NCBI GenBank assembly: GCA_963765495.1
Contig: CAVXWP010000006.1
Span: 1-64,000, forward strand
Source of the DNA: Blastocatellia bacterium
Lineage (GTDB): Bacteria > Acidobacteriota > Blastocatellia > UBA7656
Length of the DNA stretch: 64,000 nt
Direction of reading: 5' to 3'
Made by a program: the position numbers and the translations under genes. The notes under the pieces were generated by a model that ran no database searches, was not told the DNA's origin, and was given only the letters and a program-made list of their open reading frames with translations. Positions 9,034 through 18,126 of the stretch are shown in pieces. The first letter of the stretch is position 1. Every line of letters begins with the position of its first letter.

Positions 9034-9116
9034 TTTGTGATGTTAGGCATCGCAGCGGAGACACAGGGAGAGGAATGGCGTGGCCGGTCTACTCGCGGCA
9101 ACCGGCCCGCTTTACC

Positions 9117-9473
9117 TCAAGCCACGCGCTGGCCTAACTGCTCACGTTCGTAGTCAATCAGAGCAATTCGATACTCTCTCCGCTTTCGCTCAATCTCTGC
9201 CGTCAGCATCGCAACTCTGTGCTCAAGTGTTCGTGCTGTCTCTCTGTCACGCTGATATTGAGTATCGGCCTTTAGGCTTGCGCGTGCTGCCTGTTCTCGT
9301 AGCTTGTCATTTGTGTATATGGGCTTTCCGTCTTCGCCTCTGGCCTCGGCCGCTTCGCAGATTGCCTCAAGCTCTCTGTCTTTGATCTGCTCTCGCACTT
9401 GCGCGAGGTCTTCTGAATCCGTGATTAGTTCCTGTTGCTTGCCTTCGATCTGTGCGGGTATCTGATGAATCAT
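9117..9473 (-). CDS. coiled-coil hypothetical protein of mobile-element type
   Basis: RBS AGGAGA before MIHQIP; member of the leftward operon. Confidence 0.6.
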   Translation of the reverse strand: MIHQIPAQIEGKQQELITDSEDLAQVREQIKDRELEAICEAAEARGEDGKPIYTNDKLREQAARASLKADTQYQRDRETARTLEHRVAMLTAEIERKRREYRIALIDYEREQLGQRVA

Positions 9474-9525
9474 GGTCTTATCTCCTGAGTGTGGGGCAAG
9501 TCGAGCTTGCCCCGGTCTGGTGTGG

Positions 9526-9804
9526 TTAGTATTCAGACGGTAATAACACAGTCGTTGCACTGCGGTCGGCTTCTGTGATTACCCAAATCTTGGTTTCATC
9601 TTTCAGGCGATAGGCTGAGAAAATCCGCAAATCCTTATCAACCGAAAATTCGTTTTCTTGCTTATCATCTTCGCAGAGGTCGCCCCAATCCCCTTGCTGA
9701 TGCCTGCGAATAAATTCAAATGCGTCTTGGCCGGTCTGTGCGAGTGCTTCCAGTGCGCCCGGTGTTGCTACCATCTGCCCTAGTGGAAAACTTGCTGCGC
9801 TCAT
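9526..9804 (-). CDS. conserved plasmid/ICE-type small protein
   Basis: FPLGQMVATPGA...RHQQGDWGDLC...IWVITEADRSATTVLLPSEY family signature. Confidence 0.8.
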   Translation of the reverse strand: MSAASFPLGQMVATPGALEALAQTGQDAFEFIRRHQQGDWGDLCEDDKQENEFSVDKDLRIFSAYRLKDETKIWVITEADRSATTVLLPSEY

Positions 9805-9814
9805 GCTCCCTCCA

Positions 9815-10099
9815 TTAGTGCGCGTAATGCGCTCGATAAAATTGCCTGCTCAGTTCATAGGCCGGATGGTCTTTTACGTTCTTGAGATTGAAAGCCCATC
9901 GCTTTGTGGTTGCGCTGATCTGGCCACCGATGCGGCCGAATGCTCGAAAATCGCCTTGCTCTGAATGGTGCAAGACGTGACAGGATTTATGAGCGGGGGC
10001 AACCACTTTGCCCCCGGCGCTCTTGTAGATCGGATGATGATAATCAACCGGCTGTCCCGGTTGAATCTCTTTGGTGCAAAAGAAACAGATAGGATTCAT
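9815..10099 (-). CDS. small HNH-like zinc-binding protein
   Basis: CFFC...DYHH...GG...HKSCHVLHH. Confidence 0.6.
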   Translation of the reverse strand: MNPICFFCTKEIQPGQPVDYHHPIYKSAGGKVVAPAHKSCHVLHHSEQGDFRAFGRIGGQISATTKRWAFNLKNVKDHPAYELSRQFYRAHYAH

Positions 10100-10428
10100 C
10101 AGATTTCAATCCCTCCTATCCGTGTGGATTTCTCGCACTTGTGAAGCGGGCATTTCGGATGCTCGCAAGCCTTCTTGACCAGCATTTGCGCGCCATCGTC
10201 TAAGGTGACAGGCTTTGCGCCATCCCATGCTTGCTTTTCTTGTTCGGCCATCCATACTGCGTCAAGGTCTTCTGACCATTCCGAATAGCCTTCAAAGTCT
10301 TCGGCCTGTGCTGCTGCCAACTCTTCGGCCTGTAGGTCAAGGCCATAGCTAGCCGGGTAATAATCCTGAGTGAGTGATTGCAAGTCGGTCGGTGTCGTGA
10401 TAGATTTCAGGGTGAAAGTTCCTTTCAT
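10099..10428 (-). CDS. acidic hypothetical protein with C-terminal Cys/His cluster
   Basis: stop codon overlaps the next start; CEHPKCPLHKC. Confidence 0.6.
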   Translation of the reverse strand: MKGTFTLKSITTPTDLQSLTQDYYPASYGLDLQAEELAAAQAEDFEGYSEWSEDLDAVWMAEQEKQAWDGAKPVTLDDGAQMLVKKACEHPKCPLHKCEKSTRIGGIEI

Positions 10429-10448
10429 CGTTTAGGCGGTGAGAGTTT

Positions 10449-10483
10449 GAAGGGGCTAGATGTTAGTAGCATCTAGCCCTTTC
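10449..10483. terminator. long hairpin (terminator or processing stem)
   Basis: GAAGGGGCTAGATG/CATCTAGCCCTTTC just after the 40-aa ORF. Confidence 0.55.
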
Positions 10484-10487
10484 GCTA

Positions 10488-10610
10488 CTAAAAGGGCATA
10501 TCCTGATCGTCGCCGTGCAACATTTCGTCATAATCTTCGGCGCTCATTTCAAACTCAACCTGCGGTATGTCGCCTGCTAGAACCTGCTCAAGCGTGCGCT
10601 GCTCTTTCAT
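10488..10610 (-). CDS. 40-aa acidic peptide with an SSB-like C-terminal tail (not in the ORF track)
   Basis: AGGAGG-N8-ATG; MKEQRTLEQVLAGDIPQVEFEMSAEDYDEMLHGDDQDMPF followed by TAG TAG. Confidence 0.7.
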   Translation of the reverse strand: MKEQRTLEQVLAGDIPQVEFEMSAEDYDEMLHGDDQDMPF

Positions 10611-10792
10611 CGTTGTAGCCTCCTGATTTGAAGTAGTGAATTGTTTAAGGTGAGTGGTTGCGATGTTGTCAGCCAGTGAGAACCATTCTCATTTTCGCCT
10701 TGCGCCCGTCCCGCCGACATTCGTCTAAGCCTTTCGGCTTTCCGTTCTTCGCGGTTCGCGCTAACTTTTCAAACAACCAACTGACATAAGAG

Positions 10793-10821
10793 ATATTACA
10801 TCTAGTCGGAATAAATGTCAA
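10793..10821 (-). promoter_or_regulatory. promoter of the leftward operon with putative operators
   Basis: TTGACA-N17-TAATAT; GTCGGAAT repeated at 10805 and 10838. Confidence 0.6.
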
Positions 10822-10975
10822 GAAGAAAATACAACTTGTCGGAATTTTTTTCTTGAATTATCCTGTGAATAGGGCTTATTATGGAATTGTGAATATGACA
10901 AGGCGGAATATTGAATATGTCGTTAATACGGCTTGCGCTAAGTTGTAGGATTTCGCTTTGCGGAAGGGAGACAAC

Positions 10976-11248
10976 ATGGTAAGTATCGGCAGCATGATTA
11001 ACTCCAAGCTCAAAGACGTGGCACAGGTTAAAGGCTATGAGAACGCGAAACAATTGACGGACGCTCTAAGCGAGCATCTAGGCAAGCGCATCTCATACAG
11101 CAGCATCTATCCGCTTTGGGATAACACGGCTGAGAACTATTCGCGGCGCACCTTGAACCGACTATGTGAATTTCTCAGCATCGGGCCGGGGTTGCTGATT
11201 GAATATGCAGCAGACCTGCCATCCGATAAAGGGAAGCAAAAAGGTTAG
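10976..11248 (+). CDS. Cro/CI-type (HTH_26-like) regulator
   Basis: ISYSSIYPLWDN...TLNRLCEFLSIGPGLLIEY; divergent from the leftward operon. Confidence 0.75.
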   Translation: MVSIGSMINSKLKDVAQVKGYENAKQLTDALSEHLGKRISYSSIYPLWDNTAENYSRRTLNRLCEFLSIGPGLLIEYAADLPSDKGKQKG

Positions 11249-11250
11249 CC

Positions 11251-11532
11251 ATGCCGGTCTATCCTCCGCTTCAAGGTATCCCGTCTTATGATGGCTGCAC
11301 ACCAGTTGAAGTCTCGATACGTTGCCCCGTATGCAAAAGGCGCTATCTTGTTTTCAACCCATTAGGCCCCGTGATCGGTGCGGCCGAAGACAGGGCGAAA
11401 GAACGAGCGCGGCAATTGCGCGCCACATTCGTAAACTTGCAATTGTGCCCCTGGCGCTACTGTGAAGATTGCCATCAGTTGCTCATATTTGCGTCTGAGT
11501 GTGAGATTCAATCGAGTGAGCTTGTGCATTAG
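11251..11532 (+). CDS. zinc-finger hypothetical protein
   Basis: CPVC and CEDC; 2 bp after the HTH gene. Confidence 0.5.
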   Translation: MPVYPPLQGIPSYDGCTPVEVSIRCPVCKRRYLVFNPLGPVIGAAEDRAKERARQLRATFVNLQLCPWRYCEDCHQLLIFASECEIQSSELVH

Positions 11533-11921
11533 GCAGATGACAATATTTCCCACCAAGAAAGGAGCTGCACGCTCCTTTTTCCGCACCTGCTATGTGGAAA
11601 AGATCGCTATCTGTTTTTTCTCAATATCACAAAGGCGGGCTGGAAGTCTTGAGCCGCCTTGTTAGACCGTACAACCCTGAGTTCCAGGTGGCTTGACAAG
11701 GTCCGGGACAATCTCTAAATTGAATCTGCTTCATTGATGGTCTGGCTTCAGTGCCCGTGCCAGACTCTCGCCTCTCGGTTTCCATTGATTTTGATGATGA
11801 GACCTTGCTTGCAGGCTCAGTCGGCATGCGCTTTCTACTCATCGTTTAGTCGCATAGAACCAGTTTCACAATCTGTCTGGCGTGCCTGCGTCAGCAACAA
11901 CATTCCACTGGAGGTACGCTA

Positions 11922-13970
11922 ATGCTCACCCGATCACCTCGACCACATAGACGACTGTTTAACTTACTCGTTTCAAGTCTGCTACTGGGGGTAGCGATAA
12001 TCGCATCCGCAGCGAGCGCGCATGGACAAACGACTGCCTTTACTTATCAAGGCCAGTTGAGCGACACAGGCAACCCTGCGACCGGCAACTATGATTTCGA
12101 GTTTCGCCTGTTTGATGTCTCAAGCGGCGGCTCGCAACAAGGGTCAACGGTTCAACGGCTCAATGTCAGTGTGACAACCGGCGTCTTCACCGTGCAGTTG
12201 GATTTCGGTCCTTGCGCCACCTGTTTCAACGGCGCGAATCGCTTTTTAGAGATCAGCTTAAGGGTGGCAGGCGGCGGGGTTTTCACCCAGCTAAACGGGC
12301 GGCAGCAGGTAACATCGAACCCTTATGCGATTAAAAGCTTGAGCGCGGAAAGCGCCAATGGTTTGTCGGTGGCGTGCGTAAATTGCGTGACGAGCGGGCA
12401 GATTCAAAGCGTAAACGGCAGCACTGTGACGGGGGCAATACCCGTTGGGAGTGTGCCGGGGGGAAGCGCCAGCTATGTGCAGAACGGGACCATTCAGCAA
12501 GCCACAAGCAACTTCAACATCAGTGGGAATGGGACAGCGGGCGGCACGATGTCAGCGAATGCGGTCAATGCGGTAACTCAATTCAATGTTGGGGGCAATC
12601 GGGTATTGATAGCAGACGGATCGAATAACCTGTTTGCCGGATTGGGAGCGGGCACGGCAAACACCACGGGCGACTCCAACGCCTTCTTCGGCAGATCGGC
12701 TGGCCTCCTTAACACCACGGGCACCTATAACGCCTTCTTCGGCACATTAGCTGGCCAGAACAACACCACGGGAGGCTCCAACGCCTTCTTTGGCACATTT
12801 GCTGGCTTCCTTAACACCACGGGCACCTCCAACGCCTTCTTTGGCCAAGATGCTGGCCAGCACAACACCACGGGCACCTCCAACGCCTTCTTCGGCACAT
12901 CGGCTGGCGTAGGCAACTCTACAGGCGGCTTCAACGCCTTCTTCGGCAGATCGGCTGGCGCGAATAACACCACGGGCGGCTTCAACGCCTTCTTCGGCAC
13001 ATCGGCTGGCCTCCTTAACACCACGGGCACCTATAACGCCTTCTTCGGCACATCAGCTGGCCAAAACAACACCACGGGAGGCTCCAACGCCTTCTTTGGC
13101 GCATTGGCTGGCTTATCTAACTCCACAGGCACACAAAATACCATCATTGGTTCGAACGCTAATGTCGGAGCGAGCAACCTCACCAACGCTACCGCTATCG
13201 GTTTCCGCGCGCTGGTCGCTCAAAGTGATTCCCTCATCCTCGGCTCCATCAACGGCGTCAACTCTGCCACAGCCGATACCCGAGTCGGCATCGGTACGAC
13301 TGCCCCCGCAAAGCATCTTCATATACTGGGTTCAAGCGACCAGGAGATCATGATCGAAAGCTCGGATTCAGGAGGAATCAAGTGGTCGTTGCAATCTTCC
13401 AATGGCGCTTCCAATGGGAGATTCGAAATCGTTGACCGCACCGCAAACTTGAGCCGCCTTACCATCCTGGCTAGCGGCAACCTCGGCATCGGCATAACCA
13501 CGCCCCAGGATAGACTTGATGTCAACGGCATCATCCGCGTCGCCACACTCGGCGCGGCCGGAAGCACAACACTTTGCCGCAATGTCTCCAATCAAATCGC
13601 TACCTGTGCATCGAGTCTCCGATACAAAACCGATGTGGAGTCATTCACCGCCGGCCTTGACGCCCTGCGCCGTCTGCGCCCGATTAGCTTTACATGGAAA
13701 GAGGGCGGGCTGCGCGATGTCGGTTTCGGCGCCGAAGAGGTCTCGGAGGTCGAACCCCTGCTGGTTACTCGCAATGACACGGGCGAGATTGAAGGCGTGA
13801 AGTACGGTCAACTGACCACGATTCTGGTCAACGCTGTCAAAGAGCAACAAGCGCAGATCGAGGCAGAACAACGCACCATCGAGCAACAACAAAAAGAGAT
13901 CGATGAATTAAAGCAGCTGGTTTGTGCGGAGCATCCACAGGCCGAAGTCTGCCGTTCATCAAAGAAGTAA
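11922..13970 (+). CDS. secreted trimeric fibre/adhesin-like protein with C-terminal peptidase S74 chaperone domain
   Basis: signal peptide, FTYQGQL domain, 14-aa NTTGxxNAFFGxxAG repeats, SSLRYK...L.PISFTWK...GFGAEEV, coiled coil. Confidence 0.85.
   Translation: MLTRSPRPHRRLFNLLVSSLLLGVAIIASAASAHGQTTAFTYQGQLSDTGNPATGNYDFEFRLFDVSSGGSQQGSTVQRLNVSVTTGVFTVQLDFGPCATCFNGANRFLEISLRVAGGGVFTQLNGRQQVTSNPYAIKSLSAESANGLSVACVNCVTSGQIQSVNGSTVTGAIPVGSVPGGSASYVQNGTIQQATSNFNISGNGTAGGTMSANAVNAVTQFNVGGNRVLIADGSNNLFAGLGAGTANTTGDSNAFFGRSAGLLNTTGTYNAFFGTLAGQNNTTGGSNAFFGTFAGFLNTTGTSNAFFGQDAGQHNTTGTSNAFFGTSAGVGNSTGGFNAFFGRSAGANNTTGGFNAFFGTSAGLLNTTGTYNAFFGTSAGQNNTTGGSNAFFGALAGLSNSTGTQNTIIGSNANVGASNLTNATAIGFRALVAQSDSLILGSINGVNSATADTRVGIGTTAPAKHLHILGSSDQEIMIESSDSGGIKWSLQSSNGASNGRFEIVDRTANLSRLTILASGNLGIGITTPQDRLDVNGIIRVATLGAAGSTTLCRNVSNQIATCASSLRYKTDVESFTAGLDALRRLRPISFTWKEGGLRDVGFGAEEVSEVEPLLVTRNDTGEIEGVKYGQLTTILVNAVKEQQAQIEAEQRTIEQQQKEIDELKQLVCAEHPQAEVCRSSKK
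12660..13130 (+). repeat. coding 42-bp tandem repeats
   Basis: about 11 units of AACACCACGGGC...AACGCCTTCTTCGGC...GCTGGC. Confidence 0.9.
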
Positions 13971-14319
13971 AAGGACGCGATTATGAAATAACAATAAGTG
14001 GGAAGCCCCTACTCATATGTTAACTCCCATTGTGCAGGTTTCGCAGAAGGGTAAAGGACAACGCCGCGAGGACCTTAGTACAACTTTATGGGAAACGAAA
14101 TATTTCCTGTTTGGTTTTCAGCAGGAATTTGCTCGTAGTGATTGTTGATTTTCGCCATTTAGGAATCCCCAACAATTCAATAGACTTCAAATCTACTATT
14201 ACTCTGAGTTATAATTCTGCTCGCAATCATAATTCTCACTAATGAGAAAAAGCGGGGCAAGCGATGAGGTGTAGCACAACTCAATCTAATCGAATAACTC
14301 AGGAAGGAGATGCAAGAAA

Positions 14320-14754
14320 ATGCAAGCTAATGCAATGCGGGAAGGGGAGTCTAAGCCCAAGCCCTTACTTACGCGCAAGCAAGAAACGGGCATAGCGGCT
14401 CTGATTTCTCAGCCTAAGATGAAAGATGCGGCCACCCTAGCCGGTGTCAATGAGGCTACCTTGTGGCGCTGGCTCCAACTGCCGGAGTTCGAGAGAGCCT
14501 ACAGGCGTGCCAGGAGAGAAACCGTAAAGCATGCCATCGTCAAGATGCAGGCCGCATCAAGCCAGGCTGTTGATGTGCTCATAGAGATAATGACCGATGA
14601 GACGGCCGCTGAATTCGCTCGATTGGCGGCGGCAAAGACTGTCCTCGACCTGTCGTATAAGGCGATGGAGCTTGAAGACCATGCCACCCGAATAGCGGAG
14701 CTTGAACGGGAAGTGCAGTTGCAAAAGAATGGCAAGTCTAACAAAAAGTATTGA
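14320..14754 (+). CDS. phBC6A51-like HTH/terminase small-subunit-like protein
   Basis: LTRKQETGIAALI...AATLAGVNEATLWRWLQLPEF...RLAAAKTVLD. Confidence 0.65.
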   Translation: MQANAMREGESKPKPLLTRKQETGIAALISQPKMKDAATLAGVNEATLWRWLQLPEFERAYRRARRETVKHAIVKMQAASSQAVDVLIEIMTDETAAEFARLAAAKTVLDLSYKAMELEDHATRIAELEREVQLQKNGKSNKKY

Positions 14755-15478
14755 GAGACTGGAAGCAGCAATATGGGCGCAAGCTGAACATATTGAAATT
14801 ACCGCTTTCAGCAGAGTAGTTGACATCTTGGCCGAGCTACGCCCTATGCAAGTCCCTGCGCTCAGCTTCGCATGTGGGGCTACAAAAAAGGCCCAAAAGC
14901 GGGAACAACAATTATCTGAGATAAACAATTTCTACCTGCCCATACATCCAGCGTTTATGCCCGATGAACACGAACTAATAAGGGCAGAGCAATGGGCGAT
15001 GCATCATAGCGACGAGTACCGCAAGCTTCAGGAACTATTCTGGTCTGAGGTTTTAGAGATAATGCGCTCGCATTTTGAGGGGAAAGACGCAATAGGTGCT
15101 GCATTTATTATCTATGGGAAGGGGATTGATAAAGAGGTAGCACAGGCCGAGTATATAGGCTATCCGCTGAATAGAGAGGAAATAGCCCTAACGCATGTTG
15201 AGTATTGGCGGGTATTCACGCGCATACAAAGGGCAGGCGAGAAAGATGGGCAGGCATGGATAGAAGATCAAAAGCGGGCGAATAGAGAGCTAGACGCAGT
15301 GATATGCGGTCGAAGGACAACAGAAGAGGATCAGGGGCTAGATGAAAAGATGTGGGCACAGTTGAATAAAGACCTGGAAGCGGGCAAGCCATCGAGCGAG
15401 TCAGAAGCGGTTGAGTATTTCCGCGATCTGCGAGAGAGGTTTCCGCGAAAGCCTCAATTCAGGCGACCCGCAGAATGA
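14729..15478 (+). CDS. hypothetical protein
   Basis: overlaps the upstream gene; starts MASLTKSIERLE. Confidence 0.6.
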   Translation: MASLTKSIERLEAAIWAQAEHIEITAFSRVVDILAELRPMQVPALSFACGATKKAQKREQQLSEINNFYLPIHPAFMPDEHELIRAEQWAMHHSDEYRKLQELFWSEVLEIMRSHFEGKDAIGAAFIIYGKGIDKEVAQAEYIGYPLNREEIALTHVEYWRVFTRIQRAGEKDGQAWIEDQKRANRELDAVICGRRTTEEDQGLDEKMWAQLNKDLEAGKPSSESEAVEYFRDLRERFPRKPQFRRPAE

Positions 15479-15580
15479 GGAACATAGAGGAACATAATGA
15501 AAGCTGAGTTGTGCGCTCAATCTTCCCAACTGTAAGGTAATTGGAGCACTTATCCTAACATCGTACCGAATGCTGAATCT

Positions 15581-16681
15581 TTAAGTATTTGAATCTTCCT
15601 TACGTTCTTCTAAGTATTTTCTAAATCGCTTTTCTAGGATTGTATATCTACCAGTTAGACTTCCCTGGTCATTCGGTTTTAAATTCAGAACATCATAGTT
15701 TAATAGTTCCTCATCAACTTCCATTTCAGCATTCCTTTCCAACCGCTCTTTTGGAGCCAATTTTGAAACGACACTATTTTGATTTCTCTGTCGCTCGAAC
15801 TTAACAAGAAATTCTCGAATCTGATTTTTGTTTCGTCCGGCTTGATGCTTAACAAACCAATAATAAACAGGCAATATACCTATTTTCTTCAATAGTGGGT
15901 CTTTATCGGTAAATATTTCGCTCATGTGATTAAGCACTTCTTCAACTCTTTGGGCAGCAGAATCAAAGGATTGGGCCTCAGAAGCAATACCTTCCTCAAC
16001 GAATCTGTTAAGATGGGTTTTCTTTATGTCTACAAACCTTCCCCTGAATTCAATTAATAACATCTTTGCCGCTTGTTCGTGATCTTGTTTTCTACTCACA
16101 TTGAAACTGATGTTATTCTTGAAAAATTTATGTTCTGCTAGTTTGCTTATTAATGGTGGAACAATGCCTCGCATGGCGGCCCGCACCTCTGCGCCTACTA
16201 AAGGTTTGCTTCGGTTCAGCCTGACGAATAGCTCATTAATACGCCCCTCTTCATCTGTGATTACACTCATAACTGTAATACTAAAATTATCAAATTTTCT
16301 TGCAATGGTAGGATAATTCTTTTGCAAATCCTGATACCCTAAACCAGCCACTTTTATCGTTGGGTCCGCAGTATACTGAAAGTCATCATTAAGCAGAAGT
16401 TTCCCTGAAAAAAAATCGAAGATAGCACTTAGCCGCTGCTTCCCATCAATTACGGCAAAAGCCTTCCTAGATGTGTTTAGGGGCGAATTGAAATATGTAA
16501 AGTCCGCAATATAAAACTTTGGAATGTCATATTCATTAAGTATCGAATCTATCAAATACCCTTCATCATTTCTTGTCCAAATCCCACCTTTTCTTTGGAA
16601 GGGAGGAGACATATCAATATTATCTCTTTCGTCATACCACCAACGTAAAGTCTTTGACTCAAAGGTTCTAACTTGAAACAT
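15581..16681 (-). CDS. DUF262 (GmrS/ParB-like) domain protein
   Basis: PPFQRKGGIW, LIDSIL...IP, VIDGKQRL, LFVRLN. Confidence 0.9.
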   Translation of the reverse strand: MFQVRTFESKTLRWWYDERDNIDMSPPFQRKGGIWTRNDEGYLIDSILNEYDIPKFYIADFTYFNSPLNTSRKAFAVIDGKQRLSAIFDFFSGKLLLNDDFQYTADPTIKVAGLGYQDLQKNYPTIARKFDNFSITVMSVITDEEGRINELFVRLNRSKPLVGAEVRAAMRGIVPPLISKLAEHKFFKNNISFNVSRKQDHEQAAKMLLIEFRGRFVDIKKTHLNRFVEEGIASEAQSFDSAAQRVEEVLNHMSEIFTDKDPLLKKIGILPVYYWFVKHQAGRNKNQIREFLVKFERQRNQNSVVSKLAPKERLERNAEMEVDEELLNYDVLNLKPNDQGSLTGRYTILEKRFRKYLEERKEDSNT

Positions 16682-16683
16682 AG

Positions 16684-17499
16684 CTAAATATTAAACCCGA
16701 AGAATCGTTTTGTCTCTTTTGCCAGCCCATCTAGGTCTGGGAAAACGACAGAATCTGTTATCCCGATAGAAATCATAGATACCAATAAAGGCTTTATGTA
16801 TTTTGCCGGAACGACAACCTTAATCAAACTATCTTGAGGAAAATCATTGGTAATATAGATATCCTCAATCGAATTTGTACTCTTGCCAGAAATGGTAAAC
16901 ACCCCTCGTTGAGCTACTATTCTGGGGCTGTTGTGTGTTCCATAGATTGCTACTGGATAACTTGGCATGATGGTGTTTACTACCGAACTATCTGTCGATG
17001 GTTTATAGGATTCAAGACGGGGATCTCCCGAAGATAGAATCTCACCAGTAAAGCCAATGTGCTCCAATGCCTTTCTATTCCAAGCAATAGGATCAAGTAT
17101 CCAAATAGCTGCATCCCTTTTATAAACCCCAGCATTTTGATAAGCCGATGTGAGCGCAAAGTAAAGACCAATATAAGGGTTTTCTGTCCAATCTAACAAC
17201 CTCGTGGGAACTCCGAAATGTTGCATGAAAAAAACATACTCCCAATCATCACGCAGTTCGCGGCTCTGATAAGGCATACAGCGCTGCTTAAACCGTCCTA
17301 TTAGTTGGGCTTCAAGTGCTAGTAACTCATTTATATCGCCCATTGTAGGATGACGAAATAAACTTGGAATTAAGCCATATGAGGAATCACCGCAGCCGCG
17401 AAACCAAAGGGATTGTGAGGCTGCTTCTAGTCTGGTCTCAATGAACTTTGTAAAAGCTCCCAACTTGGTTGTGCGTTTTATGGTAAGAGTAGGCGGCAT
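16684..17499 (-). CDS. FRG domain protein
   Basis: WFRG, LIPSLFR, MQHFGVPTRLLDWT, RIVAQRGVFT. Confidence 0.92.
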   Translation of the reverse strand: MPPTLTIKRTTKLGAFTKFIETRLEAASQSLWFRGCGDSSYGLIPSLFRHPTMGDINELLALEAQLIGRFKQRCMPYQSRELRDDWEYVFFMQHFGVPTRLLDWTENPYIGLYFALTSAYQNAGVYKRDAAIWILDPIAWNRKALEHIGFTGEILSSGDPRLESYKPSTDSSVVNTIMPSYPVAIYGTHNSPRIVAQRGVFTISGKSTNSIEDIYITNDFPQDSLIKVVVPAKYIKPLLVSMISIGITDSVVFPDLDGLAKETKRFFGFNI

Positions 17500-17861
17500 A
17501 TTGTCTTATAAATTCGGTCTCTTGTGACTGAATGCCAATGTGCTACTTCATTATTTGGCATTCAATCGAAACTGCGAGCATAACGCTTCATGTTTCCCAC
17601 ACTTGAATAGCAAAAAGCATATTTTCAGCCTTATGGAATGTCAATGGAAGAAACGGTACAAATCATACCAAAGTAGTATTCTGCATGACTGCTCATTACA
17701 GAATACATGCATTTCAATGCCTGATTATTCCTTTAACCAAATCTTGTAGCTAATTCACTCCTACACTAAAGAGGCTGCTTGATGGCACTTTCACGTAAAG
17801 CAGGAAGACAGTATAGTAAAATGAAAACACCAAGGCTGATGGGGGTCAAGAGCATTTCAAC

Positions 17862-17954
17862 TGTGCCGTTGTTTGTGCCGTAACCCCTTCCGTAAGTGCT
17901 TATAAGTGCTTGATTTTCAGTAGCACTCAGTATTAGATAAGATCACGGCACAAA
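17862..17954. promoter_or_regulatory. integrase arm sites and IHF site (right)
   Basis: TGTGCCGT at 17862, TTTGTGCCGT at 17872, inverted copy at 17945-17954; TAAGTGCTTGATT at 17903-17915 matches YAANNNNTTGATW. Confidence 0.65.
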
Positions 17955-18022
17955 CCCGGCAAGTCCAGCATTTCGAGCAGTTAAATGCGCTCAGTAGCGG
18001 TCGGTGTCAATCCGATTCACCT

Positions 18023-18083
18023 TCGGGCACGGTGACGACCTCCAATTTTTTTGCCCGCGTATCCATTCCATTTGCAAAACTTA
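18023..18083 (+). repeat. attR, 61-bp direct repeat
   Basis: copy of 2035-2095 with one T>C change. Confidence 0.95.
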
Positions 18084-18126
18084 AATAAGTGAAAACGAAG
18101 CACGGTGATTAAAAACAAATGTCCAT

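Larger units (their letters stand above)
2035..18083. mobile_element. integrative element (IME or phage-satellite-like), about 16 kb
   Basis: 61-bp flanking direct repeat, tyrosine integrase at left end, xis, Rep_trans, TerS-like HTH, AT-rich cargo. Confidence 0.9.

Noticed and set aside
12660-13130. Possible CRISPR array or DGR template/variable repeat
   Set aside because: In-frame 42-bp coding repeats with no unique spacers; no cas or reverse transcriptase gene in the window.
2035-18083. Complete prophage
   Set aside because: No capsid, portal, large terminase or lysis genes; the S74 protein has a signal peptide.
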